64,000 nucleotides of DNA, taken from the NCBI GenBank assembly GCA_044225175.1, contig JBGAJA010000001.1, positions 422,711 to 486,710 on the forward strand. Direction: 5' to 3'. The position numbers and the translations under genes were made by a program. Positions 1 to 11,615 of this stretch are shown piece by piece. Within the stretch, counting starts at the first letter, position 1. The number at the start of each line of letters is the position of its first letter. Under the pieces are notes generated by a model that did no database searches, had not been told where the DNA came from, and saw only the letters and a program-made list of their open reading frames with translations. The DNA is from Candidatus Omnitrophota bacterium. Lineage in GTDB: Bacteria; Omnitrophota; Gorgyraeia; Zapsychrales; Fredricksoniimonadaceae.

Positions 1-1
1 A

Positions 2-574
2 GGATTGATGCTGCCTCCAGGATTGGCGTTTGTTAGTGCAAGTCCAAAGGCGATTGATTTGATTAATAAGTCAACGACTCCTAGGTATTATTTAGATTTG
101 AAAGCATGTAAAAAAGCCATGGAAAGTACCGATACTCCATTTACTCCAGCCATTGGTGTTTTAATAGCTTTAGTTGATAGTCTTGAAATGATTAAAAAAG
201 AAGGCTTGCAGAATATGTTTGCCCGTTATATTCATTTAGCTAAAGCAACGCGAGCTGGATGCCAGGCTATTGGTTTAACATTATTTCCAGATCCTAACTG
301 TGCCACTAATGTTTTAACTGCTGTTAATGTTCCCGCAGGAATTGATGGAGAAAAATTAACTAAAACAATGCGTGATACATATGGCATTACATTCGCTGGC
401 GGTCAAGATCAGATCAAAGGGAAAGTTATTCGGATGGCTCATATGGGCGCATTAGATGAATATGATATTTTAACAGGCTTAGCTTGTTTAGAAAAAGTAT
501 TACATCAAATGGGTCATAAATTTGAATTAGGGGCAGCTTTAGCTGCAGCGCAAAAAGTTTTAAATCAGAAATAG
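2..574 (+). CDS. Class V aminotransferase, C-terminal fragment (5' end lies upstream of window); probably phosphoserine aminotransferase given adjacency to serA
   Basis: ORF open to window start; AGXT/SerC-like C-terminal region; immediately followed by serA with RBS. Confidence 0.55.
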   Translation, partial: GLMLPPGLAFVSASPKAIDLINKSTTPRYYLDLKACKKAMESTDTPFTPAIGVLIALVDSLEMIKKEGLQNMFARYIHLAKATRAGCQAIGLTLFPDPNCATNVLTAVNVPAGIDGEKLTKTMRDTYGITFAGGQDQIKGKVIRMAHMGALDEYDILTGLACLEKVLHQMGHKFELGAALAAAQKVLNQK

Positions 575-588
575 AAAAGGACGTCAGC

Positions 589-2175
589 ATGTTTAAGATT
601 TTAATTAGTGACAAACTTGAAAAAGAAGGTCTTGATATCTTAACTGCAGTCAAAGATTTTCAAGTTGATTGTAAATTTGGTATTCCTGCTGCAGAACTTA
701 AAAGTATTGTTAAAGATTATGATGCTTTAATTGTTCGATCAGGCACACAGGTTACAGCTGAAATTCTTGAGTCCGCTAATAAACTCAAAGTCATTGGTCG
801 TGCAGGAGTTGGTTTGGATAATGTGGATTTACATGCTGCTACTAAAAAAGGTGTTGTTGCGATGAATACACCAGCAGGAAATACCACTTCGACTGCTGAG
901 CATACCATGAGCATGATTATGGCTTTATCGCGAAATATTCCCCAAGCGGTTGCTTCGTTGAGAGGCGGTAAATGGGAGCGTGCTAAATTTACCGGTGTTG
1001 AACTTTATGGTAAGACTTTAGGTGTAGTTGGCTTAGGCCGAATAGGAACAACTGTTGCTAAAATGGCACAAGCTTTTGGCATGGTTACAGTCGGTTATGA
1101 TCCCTATCTTTCTGCTGATATCGCAGCTAAGAACGGTATCAAGCTTGTTGAGCTCGAAGAGATTTATAAAACAGCAGATTACATTACAGTCCATATCCCT
1201 AAAACAGATGAAACAACCAATATGATTGGCGAGAAACAAATTGCTCTCATGAAAAAGACAGTTCGATTGATCAATTGTGCCAGAGGTGGAATCATCGATG
1301 AAGCAGCTCTTATTAAAGCTCTGCAAGATAAACGTATTGCAGGAGCAGCTATGGATGTGTACGATGTTGAGCCTCCAGATTTTAATTCACCTCTTTTTAA
1401 ATTCGAAAATTGCGTTACAACCCCCCATCTTGGTGCCTCTACGTCGGAAGCTCAGGTGAATGTGGCTGTTGAAATTGCCCATGCAGTCAGAGATGCTCTT
1501 TTAGGAAATGGGATTCGTAATGCTGCCAATTTTCCATCTTTGTCAGCAGAAGCTTATAAGGCAATTGAGCCGTATTTAGATTTGGCTGATCGTATTGGAA
1601 AGTTCTCAGGCCAGCTTGTTCAGGGAAGAATACAAGAAATTAAGGTCACATACAGTGGGGCTATTGCTAAAGAAAAAATTTCTGCAGTCACGATGGCTTT
1701 GGCTAAAGGATTGTTGACTCCGATCTTAGGAGAGACGGTTAATAGTATTAATGCCATGAATATGATGAAAGAACGAGGCATTAATGTTCAAGAAATTGTC
1801 TCGACGCAAGAAGGTGAATATGTGAATGCTATTGCTTTGGATATTGTCACTGATAAAGATCCTCTGTCTATATTAGGGACACTGTCTAGCAATAAACAAC
1901 CAAGGATTGTAAAGATTAACAATGTCTATGTTGAAGCTGTTCCTTCTGGTCACATGTTGTTTATCAACAATAATGATAAGCCTGGAATTATTGGGGCAAT
2001 TGGAACAATTTTGTCTGAGGCGCATATTAATATTGCAGGAATTACGTTAGGACGAGAAAATCAACAAGGTGTTGCGGTTAGTGTTGTAAACGTAGATAGT
2101 GAGATTCCAGAGAAAGTCATATCTCAATTGCGTCAGACAAAAAATATTCTTTTTGTTAAGACTATCAAAGTCTAA
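589..2175 (+). CDS. serA: D-3-phosphoglycerate dehydrogenase, long form with C-terminal ACT domain
   Basis: 528 aa; NAD-binding GxGxxG (GVVGLGRIGTTVAKMA), 2-hydroxyacid DH catalytic region, C-terminal ACT-like segment (DKPGIIGAIGTILSEAHINIAGITLGR). Confidence 0.85.
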   Translation: MFKILISDKLEKEGLDILTAVKDFQVDCKFGIPAAELKSIVKDYDALIVRSGTQVTAEILESANKLKVIGRAGVGLDNVDLHAATKKGVVAMNTPAGNTTSTAEHTMSMIMALSRNIPQAVASLRGGKWERAKFTGVELYGKTLGVVGLGRIGTTVAKMAQAFGMVTVGYDPYLSADIAAKNGIKLVELEEIYKTADYITVHIPKTDETTNMIGEKQIALMKKTVRLINCARGGIIDEAALIKALQDKRIAGAAMDVYDVEPPDFNSPLFKFENCVTTPHLGASTSEAQVNVAVEIAHAVRDALLGNGIRNAANFPSLSAEAYKAIEPYLDLADRIGKFSGQLVQGRIQEIKVTYSGAIAKEKISAVTMALAKGLLTPILGETVNSINAMNMMKERGINVQEIVSTQEGEYVNAIALDIVTDKDPLSILGTLSSNKQPRIVKINNVYVEAVPSGHMLFINNNDKPGIIGAIGTILSEAHINIAGITLGRENQQGVAVSVVNVDSEIPEKVISQLRQTKNILFVKTIKV

Positions 2176-2179
2176 AGAT

Positions 2180-4106
<1,927 letters not shown>

Positions 4107-4110
4107 TTGC

Positions 4111-4139
4111 TTGACTTTGGATGTACCCTATGTTAATTT
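4111..4139 (+). promoter_or_regulatory. Possible sigma70-like promoter (TTGACT-17-TAATTT) plus strong SD AGGAGG at 4167-4172 ahead of the OmpA-like gene
   Basis: Hexamers read directly from the sequence; -10 is weak. Confidence 0.3.
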
Positions 4140-4179
4140 GAAACATAAATTTGTTTAATATTTTTTAAGGAGGATCGAA

Positions 4180-4797
4180 ATGCGTACTTATAAATTAATG
4201 TTTGGGTCTTTAATTGTTGCCTTGATAGCCGTTTTTGGGCTTTCAGGTTGTACTGTTATTTTTCAAAAAGGTCGTCGTACAGATATTGAAAAGATTTCAA
4301 AACTTAAGAATGATTTAAGTGAGTTAGAACGCGCTAAAGCTGAGTTGGAGAGTCGTCTTAAAGATGAAATCGGCAATAAACAAGTTAAAGTTGAAATGCA
4401 AGATAAGGGTCTCGTCATTACCTTCGTTGCAGAAGTTCTTTTTGATTCTGGCAAAGCAAAATTACGCCAAGAATCTCTTTCCAAATTAAGTAAGGTGGCA
4501 GGTGTTTTAAATACTACCGTTGCAGATCTAAATATCGGGATTGAAGGTCATACCGATAATGAACCAATCAAAAAATCAGGATGGAAATCCAACTGGGAAT
4601 TATCAACTGCTCGCGCTTTAAGCGTCTTGCATTATTTAAGTGAGCAAAGCGTTAATGAGCCACGTCTTTCAGCTGTTGGTTATGGTGAATATCACCCTGT
4701 TGCTTCTAATGATAGCAGAGATGGACGTCAAAAGAATCGTCGTGTAGAAATTGTCATTTTACCGAAGACTGAAAAAGTTCAAGCTGACACTCAATAG
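4180..4797 (+). CDS. OmpA/MotB-family lipoprotein (Pal-like): signal peptide with lipobox LSGC, coiled-coil segment, C-terminal OmpA peptidoglycan-binding domain
   Basis: Lipobox LSG-C; OmpA_C signature (TDN...; NRRVEIVI); 205 aa. Confidence 0.75.
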   Translation: MRTYKLMFGSLIVALIAVFGLSGCTVIFQKGRRTDIEKISKLKNDLSELERAKAELESRLKDEIGNKQVKVEMQDKGLVITFVAEVLFDSGKAKLRQESLSKLSKVAGVLNTTVADLNIGIEGHTDNEPIKKSGWKSNWELSTARALSVLHYLSEQSVNEPRLSAVGYGEYHPVASNDSRDGRQKNRRVEIVILPKTEKVQADTQ

Positions 4798-4801
4798 TTA
4801 A

Positions 4802-5203
4802 ATGAAAAATATTTTCATTGTTATTTTAGTATTGATTATCGTTGCTCTATTAGTTTTGGTGGTTAGTTTTTATCAAAAAGCTAATAAATACACCAAAAGT
4901 TTGGAAGAAGAACGCTATAGCCGAATGGTTGCTGAAGAAAGTTTACAAAGAAGCTCAGGTAAGCTGGCGACCCTAGAGACACAATTGAAATCTGCTAATG
5001 AAAAAATCGAAAAGATTCAGACATTAATAAAGCAGGAAAAAAATGTTAATTCTGATTTACAAAAACAATACGAAGCTTTAAATAAAATAAAAGCAGAGCT
5101 TGAAGATAAATTAAAAACTACAACTCAGAAAATAGAAGGTGAATCTCCTCAAGCCGTTGAAATAAACAATACCGCTGTACCGCAGGTTGAAGCAGCTAAA
5201 TAA
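4802..5203 (+). CDS. Hypothetical membrane-anchored coiled-coil protein
   Basis: N-terminal TM helix followed by a heptad-rich charged region; 133 aa. Confidence 0.45.
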   Translation: MKNIFIVILVLIIVALLVLVVSFYQKANKYTKSLEEERYSRMVAEESLQRSSGKLATLETQLKSANEKIEKIQTLIKQEKNVNSDLQKQYEALNKIKAELEDKLKTTTQKIEGESPQAVEINNTAVPQVEAAK

Positions 5204-5241
5204 TTGAGTTTTTTACGTAAGAAATTTAAGCGTATTCAAGG

Positions 5242-5270
5242 ATGGGGGATGTAGATCCCCCATTTTATTT
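5242..5270 (+). terminator. Rho-independent terminator-like hairpin (ATGGGGGA-tgtaga-TCCCCCAT) followed by TTTTATTT; ends immediately at the uppS ATG
   Basis: 8-bp perfect stem, 6-nt loop, T-rich tail, read directly. Confidence 0.55.
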
Positions 5271-5984
5271 ATGGTGACTTCAAGTTTGCCCTCGCATGTG
5301 GCAATAATCATGGATGGAAATGGAAGATGGGCTAAGGCCCATCACTTAACTCGCTCTCAAGGTCATCTAGAGGGGGTTAAAAGAGTTGAAGAAATTATTT
5401 CTGCAGCCCACAAAAGTGGGATTAAAATATTGACCCTCTTCGCTTTTTCTACTGAAAATTGGAATCGTCCGGAAGATGAAGTTTCTTTGATCATGAAGAC
5501 TTTAATTAAAGTTTTAAGTCAAAGAGCAAAGATTTTACATGGCAATGGAATAAAAATCCAATTTGTAGGTCGCAGGCAGGGAGTGCCTAAAGAGGTTCTT
5601 CAAACTTTTGATCATGCGATGTCTTTAACCAAAGATAATAAAGAGATGACACTAAATGTTGCGTTTAATTATGGAGGAAGATCTGAAATTATCGACGCAA
5701 TTAAAAATATTTATAAGGATATTTCTGACGATAAATTAAGTGTTCAGGACTTTGATGAGAAGAAATTTGGCGAATACCTATGTGCTAAAGATGATGTAGA
5801 TTTATTAATCCGTACTTCAGGAGAGAAAAGAATTAGTAATTTTTTGCTTTGGCAGATTTCGTATGCAGAATTATATTTTACTGAGAAGTTTTGGCCGGAG
5901 TTTACTGCGAGTGAGTTGCAAAAAGCCTTAAAAGATTTTGCGGGAAGAAATCGTCGTTTTGGTGGATTAAACGCTACGGTTTAA
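5271..5984 (+). CDS. uppS: Undecaprenyl diphosphate synthase (cis-prenyltransferase)
   Basis: HVAIIMDGNGRWA motif; RTSGE...RISNFLLWQ C-terminal signature. Confidence 0.9.
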   Translation: MVTSSLPSHVAIIMDGNGRWAKAHHLTRSQGHLEGVKRVEEIISAAHKSGIKILTLFAFSTENWNRPEDEVSLIMKTLIKVLSQRAKILHGNGIKIQFVGRRQGVPKEVLQTFDHAMSLTKDNKEMTLNVAFNYGGRSEIIDAIKNIYKDISDDKLSVQDFDEKKFGEYLCAKDDVDLLIRTSGEKRISNFLLWQISYAELYFTEKFWPEFTASELQKALKDFAGRNRRFGGLNATV

Positions 5985-5996
5985 AGGGAAGATAAA

Positions 5997-6821
5997 ATGT
6001 CCAGCCAAAGAATTGTCTCAGCTTTTTTAATGAGTGTTATAACAGCGTTGGCTGTTATTAATAATTACATATTTATTCTTGTTATTTGTTTTTTGACAGC
6101 GGGTGGTTTGTATGAATTCTTTTATATGGTTAAAAAGAAAGACATACCCATTTATAGTTATGTAGGAATTTTGATTGGTCTCTTAATCCCCTTGTCTAGC
6201 TTTTCTCGTTTTGCTTTAACTAAGAATTGGGAGCTTCTTTTTACTGTTATGGGTTTCTTGCTAATTTTGTTTATGCAGTTTGCAAGGAAAGATAATCGTA
6301 ATGCGATTTTAGGTCTCTCAACCACTCTTTTTGGAGTTTTATATGTTTCTTGGTTTTTTAGTTTTCTTGTAAAAATCCGGCTTTTATTACCTGGAATTGA
6401 GGGTGTTAAGTTGCTGGCTTTTATTATTTTGGTTACAAAGTCAGGGGATATTGGAGGCTTAGTTGTTGGTTCGCTAATTGGTAAAAATCCTTTACTACCT
6501 CAAGTTAGTCCCAAGAAATCAATAGAGGGAACCTTGGGAAGTTTAGCTTTTAGTTCTATTGTAGCTATTATGTGTCGTTCTTTTTTGCCTCCAGAAATTA
6601 ATTTTCCTTTATGGCAAATTGCAATTATGGGAATGTTTTTTGGGGCTCTAGGTCAATTGGGGGATTTATCTGAGTCTTTGATTAAGCGCGATTGTGGCGT
6701 TAAAGATTCTGGTAAACTTTTCCCAGGATTAGGCGGAGTATTAGATATGATAGATAGTCTTTTGTTCTCGGCTCCAGCTTTTTATTTATATATGAGTTCA
6801 ACCTTGAAGGCAATTCAATAA
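5997..6821 (+). CDS. cdsA: Phosphatidate cytidylyltransferase
   Basis: Polytopic; C-terminal CTP_transf_1 signature SLIKRDCGVKDSGKLFPGHGGVLD-like. Confidence 0.85.
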   Translation: MSSQRIVSAFLMSVITALAVINNYIFILVICFLTAGGLYEFFYMVKKKDIPIYSYVGILIGLLIPLSSFSRFALTKNWELLFTVMGFLLILFMQFARKDNRNAILGLSTTLFGVLYVSWFFSFLVKIRLLLPGIEGVKLLAFIILVTKSGDIGGLVVGSLIGKNPLLPQVSPKKSIEGTLGSLAFSSIVAIMCRSFLPPEINFPLWQIAIMGMFFGALGQLGDLSESLIKRDCGVKDSGKLFPGLGGVLDMIDSLLFSAPAFYLYMSSTLKAIQ

Positions 6822-6830
6822 TCTTACTTT

Positions 6831-7976
6831 ATGGCGTTTAATCGTCTAGCTATTCTAGGATCAACAGGTTCAATCGGCGTTAATACTTTAAAGGTGGTAG
6901 ATCGTTTTCCCAGCCATTTTAAAGTGGAAGCATTAAGTGCATATAACAATATAGATTTGTTGAGAATTCAAATAAAGAAGTATCGTCCCACGCATGTCGC
7001 AGCAAAAAAGAATTTTCTAAATGAATTAAAAAAAGATTTCAGCTCTTTGAAAATAAAGTTTCTTGATGTTGAAAGTGAAGCGCAGTACTTGGGTTCACTT
7101 AAACCAGTAAACACAGTTGTGTTAGCTATGCGAGGAGCGGGTGCTTTGGCGCCTTTTTTAGAGGCTGTACGATCTGGTAAAAGAGTAACTCCCGCAAATA
7201 AAGAAGCCCTTGTTATAGCGGGTGATATTATTATGAAGGAAGCTCGGAAATATAACGCTGAGATTATCCCAATTGATAGTGAACAAAGTGCTATTTTTCA
7301 ATGTATAAATGGACAAGTATCTAAAGTCAAAACAGTACACTTGACAGCTTCCGGTGGTCCATTGAGAAATGTATTATTAAAAAATTTTTCTAAGATGACC
7401 GTTAATGATATTTTACGTCATCCAAGATGGCAAATGGGGCCAAAAATAACAGTAGATTCTGCAACATTATTGAACAAAGGATTTGAATTTATCGAAGCTC
7501 AAAAACTTTTTGGTTTATCTTTTGATCAGATTAAAATTATTGTTCATCCTGAGGCGATTATTCATTCAATGGTTGAGTTTGAAGATGGGTCTTTGTTAGC
7601 TCAGCTAGGAATCACAGATATGCGTTTACCGATTCAATATGCATTAACATATCCAAAGCGTTGGAATACAGGCTTAAAAGCTTTAGATTTAACAAAAATT
7701 ATGAATTTAACCTTTCAAGAGCCTGATTGGAAAAGATTTCCAGCTTTGGGTCTAGCATTAGAAGTAGCAAAAAAAGGAGGCACGCTCCCAAGTGTTCTTA
7801 ATGCGGCAGATGAAGAGGTTGTTGATGCTTTTTTAAATGGAAGGATTGCATTTACATCAATTTATAAAGTGATTGAAAAAGTTTTGCGTCGACATACAAT
7901 AAAAAATAATCCAACCCTTAAAGATATCTACGCGGCAGATTGCTGGGCCCGTATGGAGACAAGGTCAATTTTATGA
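6831..7976 (+). CDS. dxr: 1-deoxy-D-xylulose 5-phosphate reductoisomerase
   Basis: N-terminal ILGSTGSIG NADPH motif; 381 aa. Confidence 0.9.
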   Translation: MAFNRLAILGSTGSIGVNTLKVVDRFPSHFKVEALSAYNNIDLLRIQIKKYRPTHVAAKKNFLNELKKDFSSLKIKFLDVESEAQYLGSLKPVNTVVLAMRGAGALAPFLEAVRSGKRVTPANKEALVIAGDIIMKEARKYNAEIIPIDSEQSAIFQCINGQVSKVKTVHLTASGGPLRNVLLKNFSKMTVNDILRHPRWQMGPKITVDSATLLNKGFEFIEAQKLFGLSFDQIKIIVHPEAIIHSMVEFEDGSLLAQLGITDMRLPIQYALTYPKRWNTGLKALDLTKIMNLTFQEPDWKRFPALGLALEVAKKGGTLPSVLNAADEEVVDAFLNGRIAFTSIYKVIEKVLRRHTIKNNPTLKDIYAADCWARMETRSIL

Positions 7977-9085
7977 CACTAATTGTTTTTTTAATCATTC
8001 TTTCAATTTTAATCCTCGTTCATGAATGGGGACACTTCATTACTGCTAAGAAATGTGGTGTAAAGGTTGAGCAGTTCTCTTTAGGATTTGGGCCAAAAAT
8101 ATTCAGCAAAGTTTGGGATGGCACTGAATTTTGTTTATGTTGTATCCCTTTAGGTGGCTATGTCAAAATGGCAGGTGATGAACATTCGAGAAGGACTGGC
8201 AGCAGGGAAGAGTTTTTATCTCAACCTGTAGGGCATAAATTCTTGATAGTACTGATGGGGCCGGTTGTGAATCTGGTCTTTGCCTATATTTGTTTTTGGT
8301 GTGTTTTTATGTTGGGGAAGGTTGATTTAGAAGCGACTGCTAAGAAAGTTCCAGCTATTGTAGGTCAAGTCGTGGCAAACTCACCAGCCCAGAAAGCAGG
8401 GCTTTTAGCAAATGATCAAATCCTCAGAATCAATGATAAACCAATTCAACACTGGCCTGATATTCAAGAGTATGTTTCTCAATCTCAAGCATCTCAATTA
8501 AATGTTCTTATTAAGCGTCAAGGACAGGAAATTATTAAGGAAATTAACCCTACTGAACAAGTTCAAAAAGATATCTTTGGACGGGAACATAAGCTGCGCC
8601 GTATAGGTGTTGGGCCTCTACAAGTCCAGAATGCTAATGAGGTAGTGATAGTACGTTATGGTCCGTTGGAATCATTGAAACAGGCGGGATTAGAATTAGG
8701 GGATATCACTGTTAAAACATATGCAGCATTGTATGAAATGTGTATTGGAGCAAGATCTCCGAAAGAAGCTATGGGAGTTGTTGGAATGTTCTTTGTGATT
8801 AAATTTGCACTGGGAGTTGGTTTTGCTTTCTTATTGCATATTATGGGAATTATCAGCGCTTCTTTAGCCTTGTTTAATCTTCTGCCAATAATACCTCTAG
8901 ATGGCGGGCATTTATTATTGTTTACTATTGAAAAGTTAAGAGGTAAGGCATTATCTCAAAAAATTGATGAAATGATTGCAAAGGTGGGTGTATCATTGAT
9001 TATTACTTTAGCCATTTTTATTTTCTATGTAGATTTTGAAAGAATTGGTTTAATTGACCATGTCTTAAAGATTTTTAAAGGTTAA
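7973..9085 (+). CDS. rseP: RseP/YaeL-type site-2 zinc metalloprotease (ATGA overlap with dxr stop)
   Basis: HEWGHF zinc motif near N-terminus, PDZ-like middle, LDGG motif in C-terminal TM region. Confidence 0.85.
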   Translation: MTLIVFLIILSILILVHEWGHFITAKKCGVKVEQFSLGFGPKIFSKVWDGTEFCLCCIPLGGYVKMAGDEHSRRTGSREEFLSQPVGHKFLIVLMGPVVNLVFAYICFWCVFMLGKVDLEATAKKVPAIVGQVVANSPAQKAGLLANDQILRINDKPIQHWPDIQEYVSQSQASQLNVLIKRQGQEIIKEINPTEQVQKDIFGREHKLRRIGVGPLQVQNANEVVIVRYGPLESLKQAGLELGDITVKTYAALYEMCIGARSPKEAMGVVGMFFVIKFALGVGFAFLLHIMGIISASLALFNLLPIIPLDGGHLLLFTIEKLRGKALSQKIDEMIAKVGVSLIITLAIFIFYVDFERIGLIDHVLKIFKG

Positions 9086-9090
9086 AATTT

Positions 9091-10362
9091 ATGCCCTCAT
9101 TTGAACACAAAGAAATAAAATCTAGAATTCACCACTACTTGATCTCTAAAACTAATTTTCTTCAAGTTAAGGATAAGCTTAACGAAGATCAGCTGAGGAT
9201 CTTTGTGGATCAAGCAATCACAAGACTTTCGGAAGAAACAAAGCTTATTGTTTCGTTAGAAGATCGGGGAGATATTATTAGAGAGCTTGTAGGTGCCATT
9301 ACAAGTCTTGGTCCTATTCGTCCGTTGGTTGAGGATCCTACAATTACAGAAATTATGGTCAATGGAGCGCATACGGTTTATATTCAGCGAAATGGAAGAA
9401 TAGAGAAAACGGAGATAACTTTTCCTAATAATGCAGCCTTGGTCCATACCATTCAAAAGGTACTAGCTTCTTCAGGATCTAGCCGAAGAGTAGACGAATC
9501 TTCTCCTTATGTAGACTTTTCAATGCCTGATGGGTCTCGTGTAAATGTTATACTACCTCCTTTATCTTTGGTCGGACCTATTATGACGATCAGAAAGTTC
9601 TCAAGAGAATTAACAACGATTGATGATTTAATCGATAAGAAATCTTTAAATAAACAAATGGCTGTTTTTCTTTCAGCAGCGATTAAGGCAAAATTAAACA
9701 TTGTTTTTTGTGGTTCAACAGGAAGTGGTAAGACAACATTGCTCAATGTGCTTTCTAGGCATATTCCTGAGCATGAACGAATCATCACGATAGAAGACAC
9801 CTCTGAGTTAAGATTGATGCAAGATCATGTCGTATCGCTTCAGGCCAAGACTTCTAATATTGAAGGTAAGGGAGAAGTCACCATCCGTGATCTCTTTATT
9901 AATTCTTTAAGAATGAGACCGGATCGAATTATTATTGGTGAAGTTCGCGGCCATGAGATTCTTGACTTAATTCAATCGATTTCTAGCGGCCATTCAGGTG
10001 CTTTAGCAATTATTCATGCTGACTCTCCGGAAGAATGTTTTAACCGTATGATTACCATGATGCTGATGTCAGGGATCCGCTTAACAGGTGAACAAATTCA
10101 ACAACAGATTGCAACATCCATCGATTTGATTGTTCATGTGGAATTATTTTTAGATGGCGTACGCCGTATAGTGAATATTTCAGACTTGCGATTCGATAAA
10201 ACAACGAAACAAATTTCTATTGAAGATATTTTTACATTTAAACAAAAAGGTGTAGAAAATGGTGTTGTATTAGGAGATTGGACAATCAGTAATAAAGAAC
10301 CCTCTTGTTATTTGAAATTTATTAAACGTAATATTGCCTTACCTGGTTTTTTTGGCAAATAG
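9091..10362 (+). CDS. CpaF/TadA/VirB11-family secretion ATPase (orphan; no other tad/pilus genes adjacent)
   Basis: DPTITEIMVNG motif, Walker A GSTGSGKTT, Asp box DRIIIGEVRG, His box SGHSGALAIIHA; 423 aa. Confidence 0.75.
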   Translation: MPSFEHKEIKSRIHHYLISKTNFLQVKDKLNEDQLRIFVDQAITRLSEETKLIVSLEDRGDIIRELVGAITSLGPIRPLVEDPTITEIMVNGAHTVYIQRNGRIEKTEITFPNNAALVHTIQKVLASSGSSRRVDESSPYVDFSMPDGSRVNVILPPLSLVGPIMTIRKFSRELTTIDDLIDKKSLNKQMAVFLSAAIKAKLNIVFCGSTGSGKTTLLNVLSRHIPEHERIITIEDTSELRLMQDHVVSLQAKTSNIEGKGEVTIRDLFINSLRMRPDRIIIGEVRGHEILDLIQSISSGHSGALAIIHADSPEECFNRMITMMLMSGIRLTGEQIQQQIATSIDLIVHVELFLDGVRRIVNISDLRFDKTTKQISIEDIFTFKQKGVENGVVLGDWTISNKEPSCYLKFIKRNIALPGFFGK

Positions 10363-10373
10363 AAAGAATTCAA

Positions 10374-11615
10374 ATGTACTGGTCAAAATTTTTTATTCCT
10401 ACACTTAAAGAGACTCCTATTGGAACAGAGGCTATCAGTCATCAGCTTTCCTTGAGGGCTTCTTTAGTGCATATGTTAACTTCCGGAGTGTATTCTTATT
10501 TACCTGTGGGTTACAAGGTGCTACGTAAGGTTGAGAATATTATTCGTGAGGAAATGGATGCTATTGGCTGTTGTGAGCTTCTTCTTCCTTCACTACATCC
10601 CCTAGAAGTATGGAAAAAGACAGGTCGTGATCAAACTTTAAAAGAGGTTATGATAACGTTTGAAAATAAAAAGGGCCAAAAGATGTGTTTGGGTCCAACC
10701 CATGAAGAAATCATTACAACCCTGGCTAAAGACTTTATCCAAAGTTATCGTCAACTACCCGTCACTCTTTATCAGATTCAAACTAAATTTCGTGATGAAA
10801 TAAGAACCCGTTTTGGTATAGTCCGTGCTTGTGAATTTATTATGAAGGATGCTTATAGTTTTGATCGTGACGTAGAGGGACTTAAAAAAAACTATGAGTT
10901 GCAATTAAATGCCTATGTAAGGATTTTTAAACGTTGCGGCCTTGAGCCTATTGTTGTAGCTGCGGACAGTGGGGCTATGGGTGGGAGCGTTTCACATGAA
11001 TTTCTAGTGACAGCTGCGATCGGTGAAGATGCAATTTGGGTAAATTCTCAGAATGGGCAAGTTCTTAAAGATGAAAACGATACTGCTCCAAATCAGCCAG
11101 GTTCATGGGAGAAGAAAGTTGCCATTGAACTTGGACACATTTTTCAACTGGGAACGAAATATAGTGAGGCCTTAGGAGCATTGTTTTTGGATGAAGATGG
11201 GAAGCAGAAACCAATGATTATGGGGTGTTATGGAATTGGGGTAAGCCGTTTATTAGCAGCTATTGTGGAGCTAAATTCAGATCCTGCGGGGATTATTTGG
11301 CCCAAGGAAGTTTCTCCATTTGATGTTCAAATCCTACCTGTTCAAGCATCAGATCCAGTAGCAATGGAATTAGCCAATCAATATTATAAAGAATTAAAGG
11401 CTAAAGGTGTCGATGTTCTCGTCGATGATAGAGATGAAAGTGCTGGACGGAAATTTAATGACGCCGATCTTATTGGAATTCCCTACAGGGTCATTATTGG
11501 TAAAAGAATGTTAGCTCAGAATCAGGTAGAGATTAAGAATCGTAAAACAGGTGGGATAGAAGCTGTTGGCAAAGAGAGTTTGGTGGAAGAAATCCTTAAG
11601 AGGGTTCGTTCATGA
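10374..11615 (+). CDS. proS: Prolyl-tRNA synthetase, short form without editing insertion
   Basis: Bacterial ProRS N-terminus (FIPTLKETP...SHQL), class II motif 2 (FRDEIRTRFGIVRACEFIMKDAYSF), motif 3 GCYGIG; 413 aa. Confidence 0.8.
   Translation: MYWSKFFIPTLKETPIGTEAISHQLSLRASLVHMLTSGVYSYLPVGYKVLRKVENIIREEMDAIGCCELLLPSLHPLEVWKKTGRDQTLKEVMITFENKKGQKMCLGPTHEEIITTLAKDFIQSYRQLPVTLYQIQTKFRDEIRTRFGIVRACEFIMKDAYSFDRDVEGLKKNYELQLNAYVRIFKRCGLEPIVVAADSGAMGGSVSHEFLVTAAIGEDAIWVNSQNGQVLKDENDTAPNQPGSWEKKVAIELGHIFQLGTKYSEALGALFLDEDGKQKPMIMGCYGIGVSRLLAAIVELNSDPAGIIWPKEVSPFDVQILPVQASDPVAMELANQYYKELKAKGVDVLVDDRDESAGRKFNDADLIGIPYRVIIGKRMLAQNQVEIKNRKTGGIEAVGKESLVEEILKRVRS

Noticed and set aside
426-653. Minus-strand ORFs nested inside strongly supported + strand genes. 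Examples: 426-653, 717-914, 1033-1326, 4263-4484, 9256-9456, 13450-13704, 15096-15476, 21645-21995, 43279-43632, 50193-50444 and 53649-53933
   Set aside because: All lie antisense within genes that have clear conserved motifs on the + strand. Their translations are low-complexity or Cys/Phe-rich nonsense typical of antisense frames. None has its own RBS or conserved motif.
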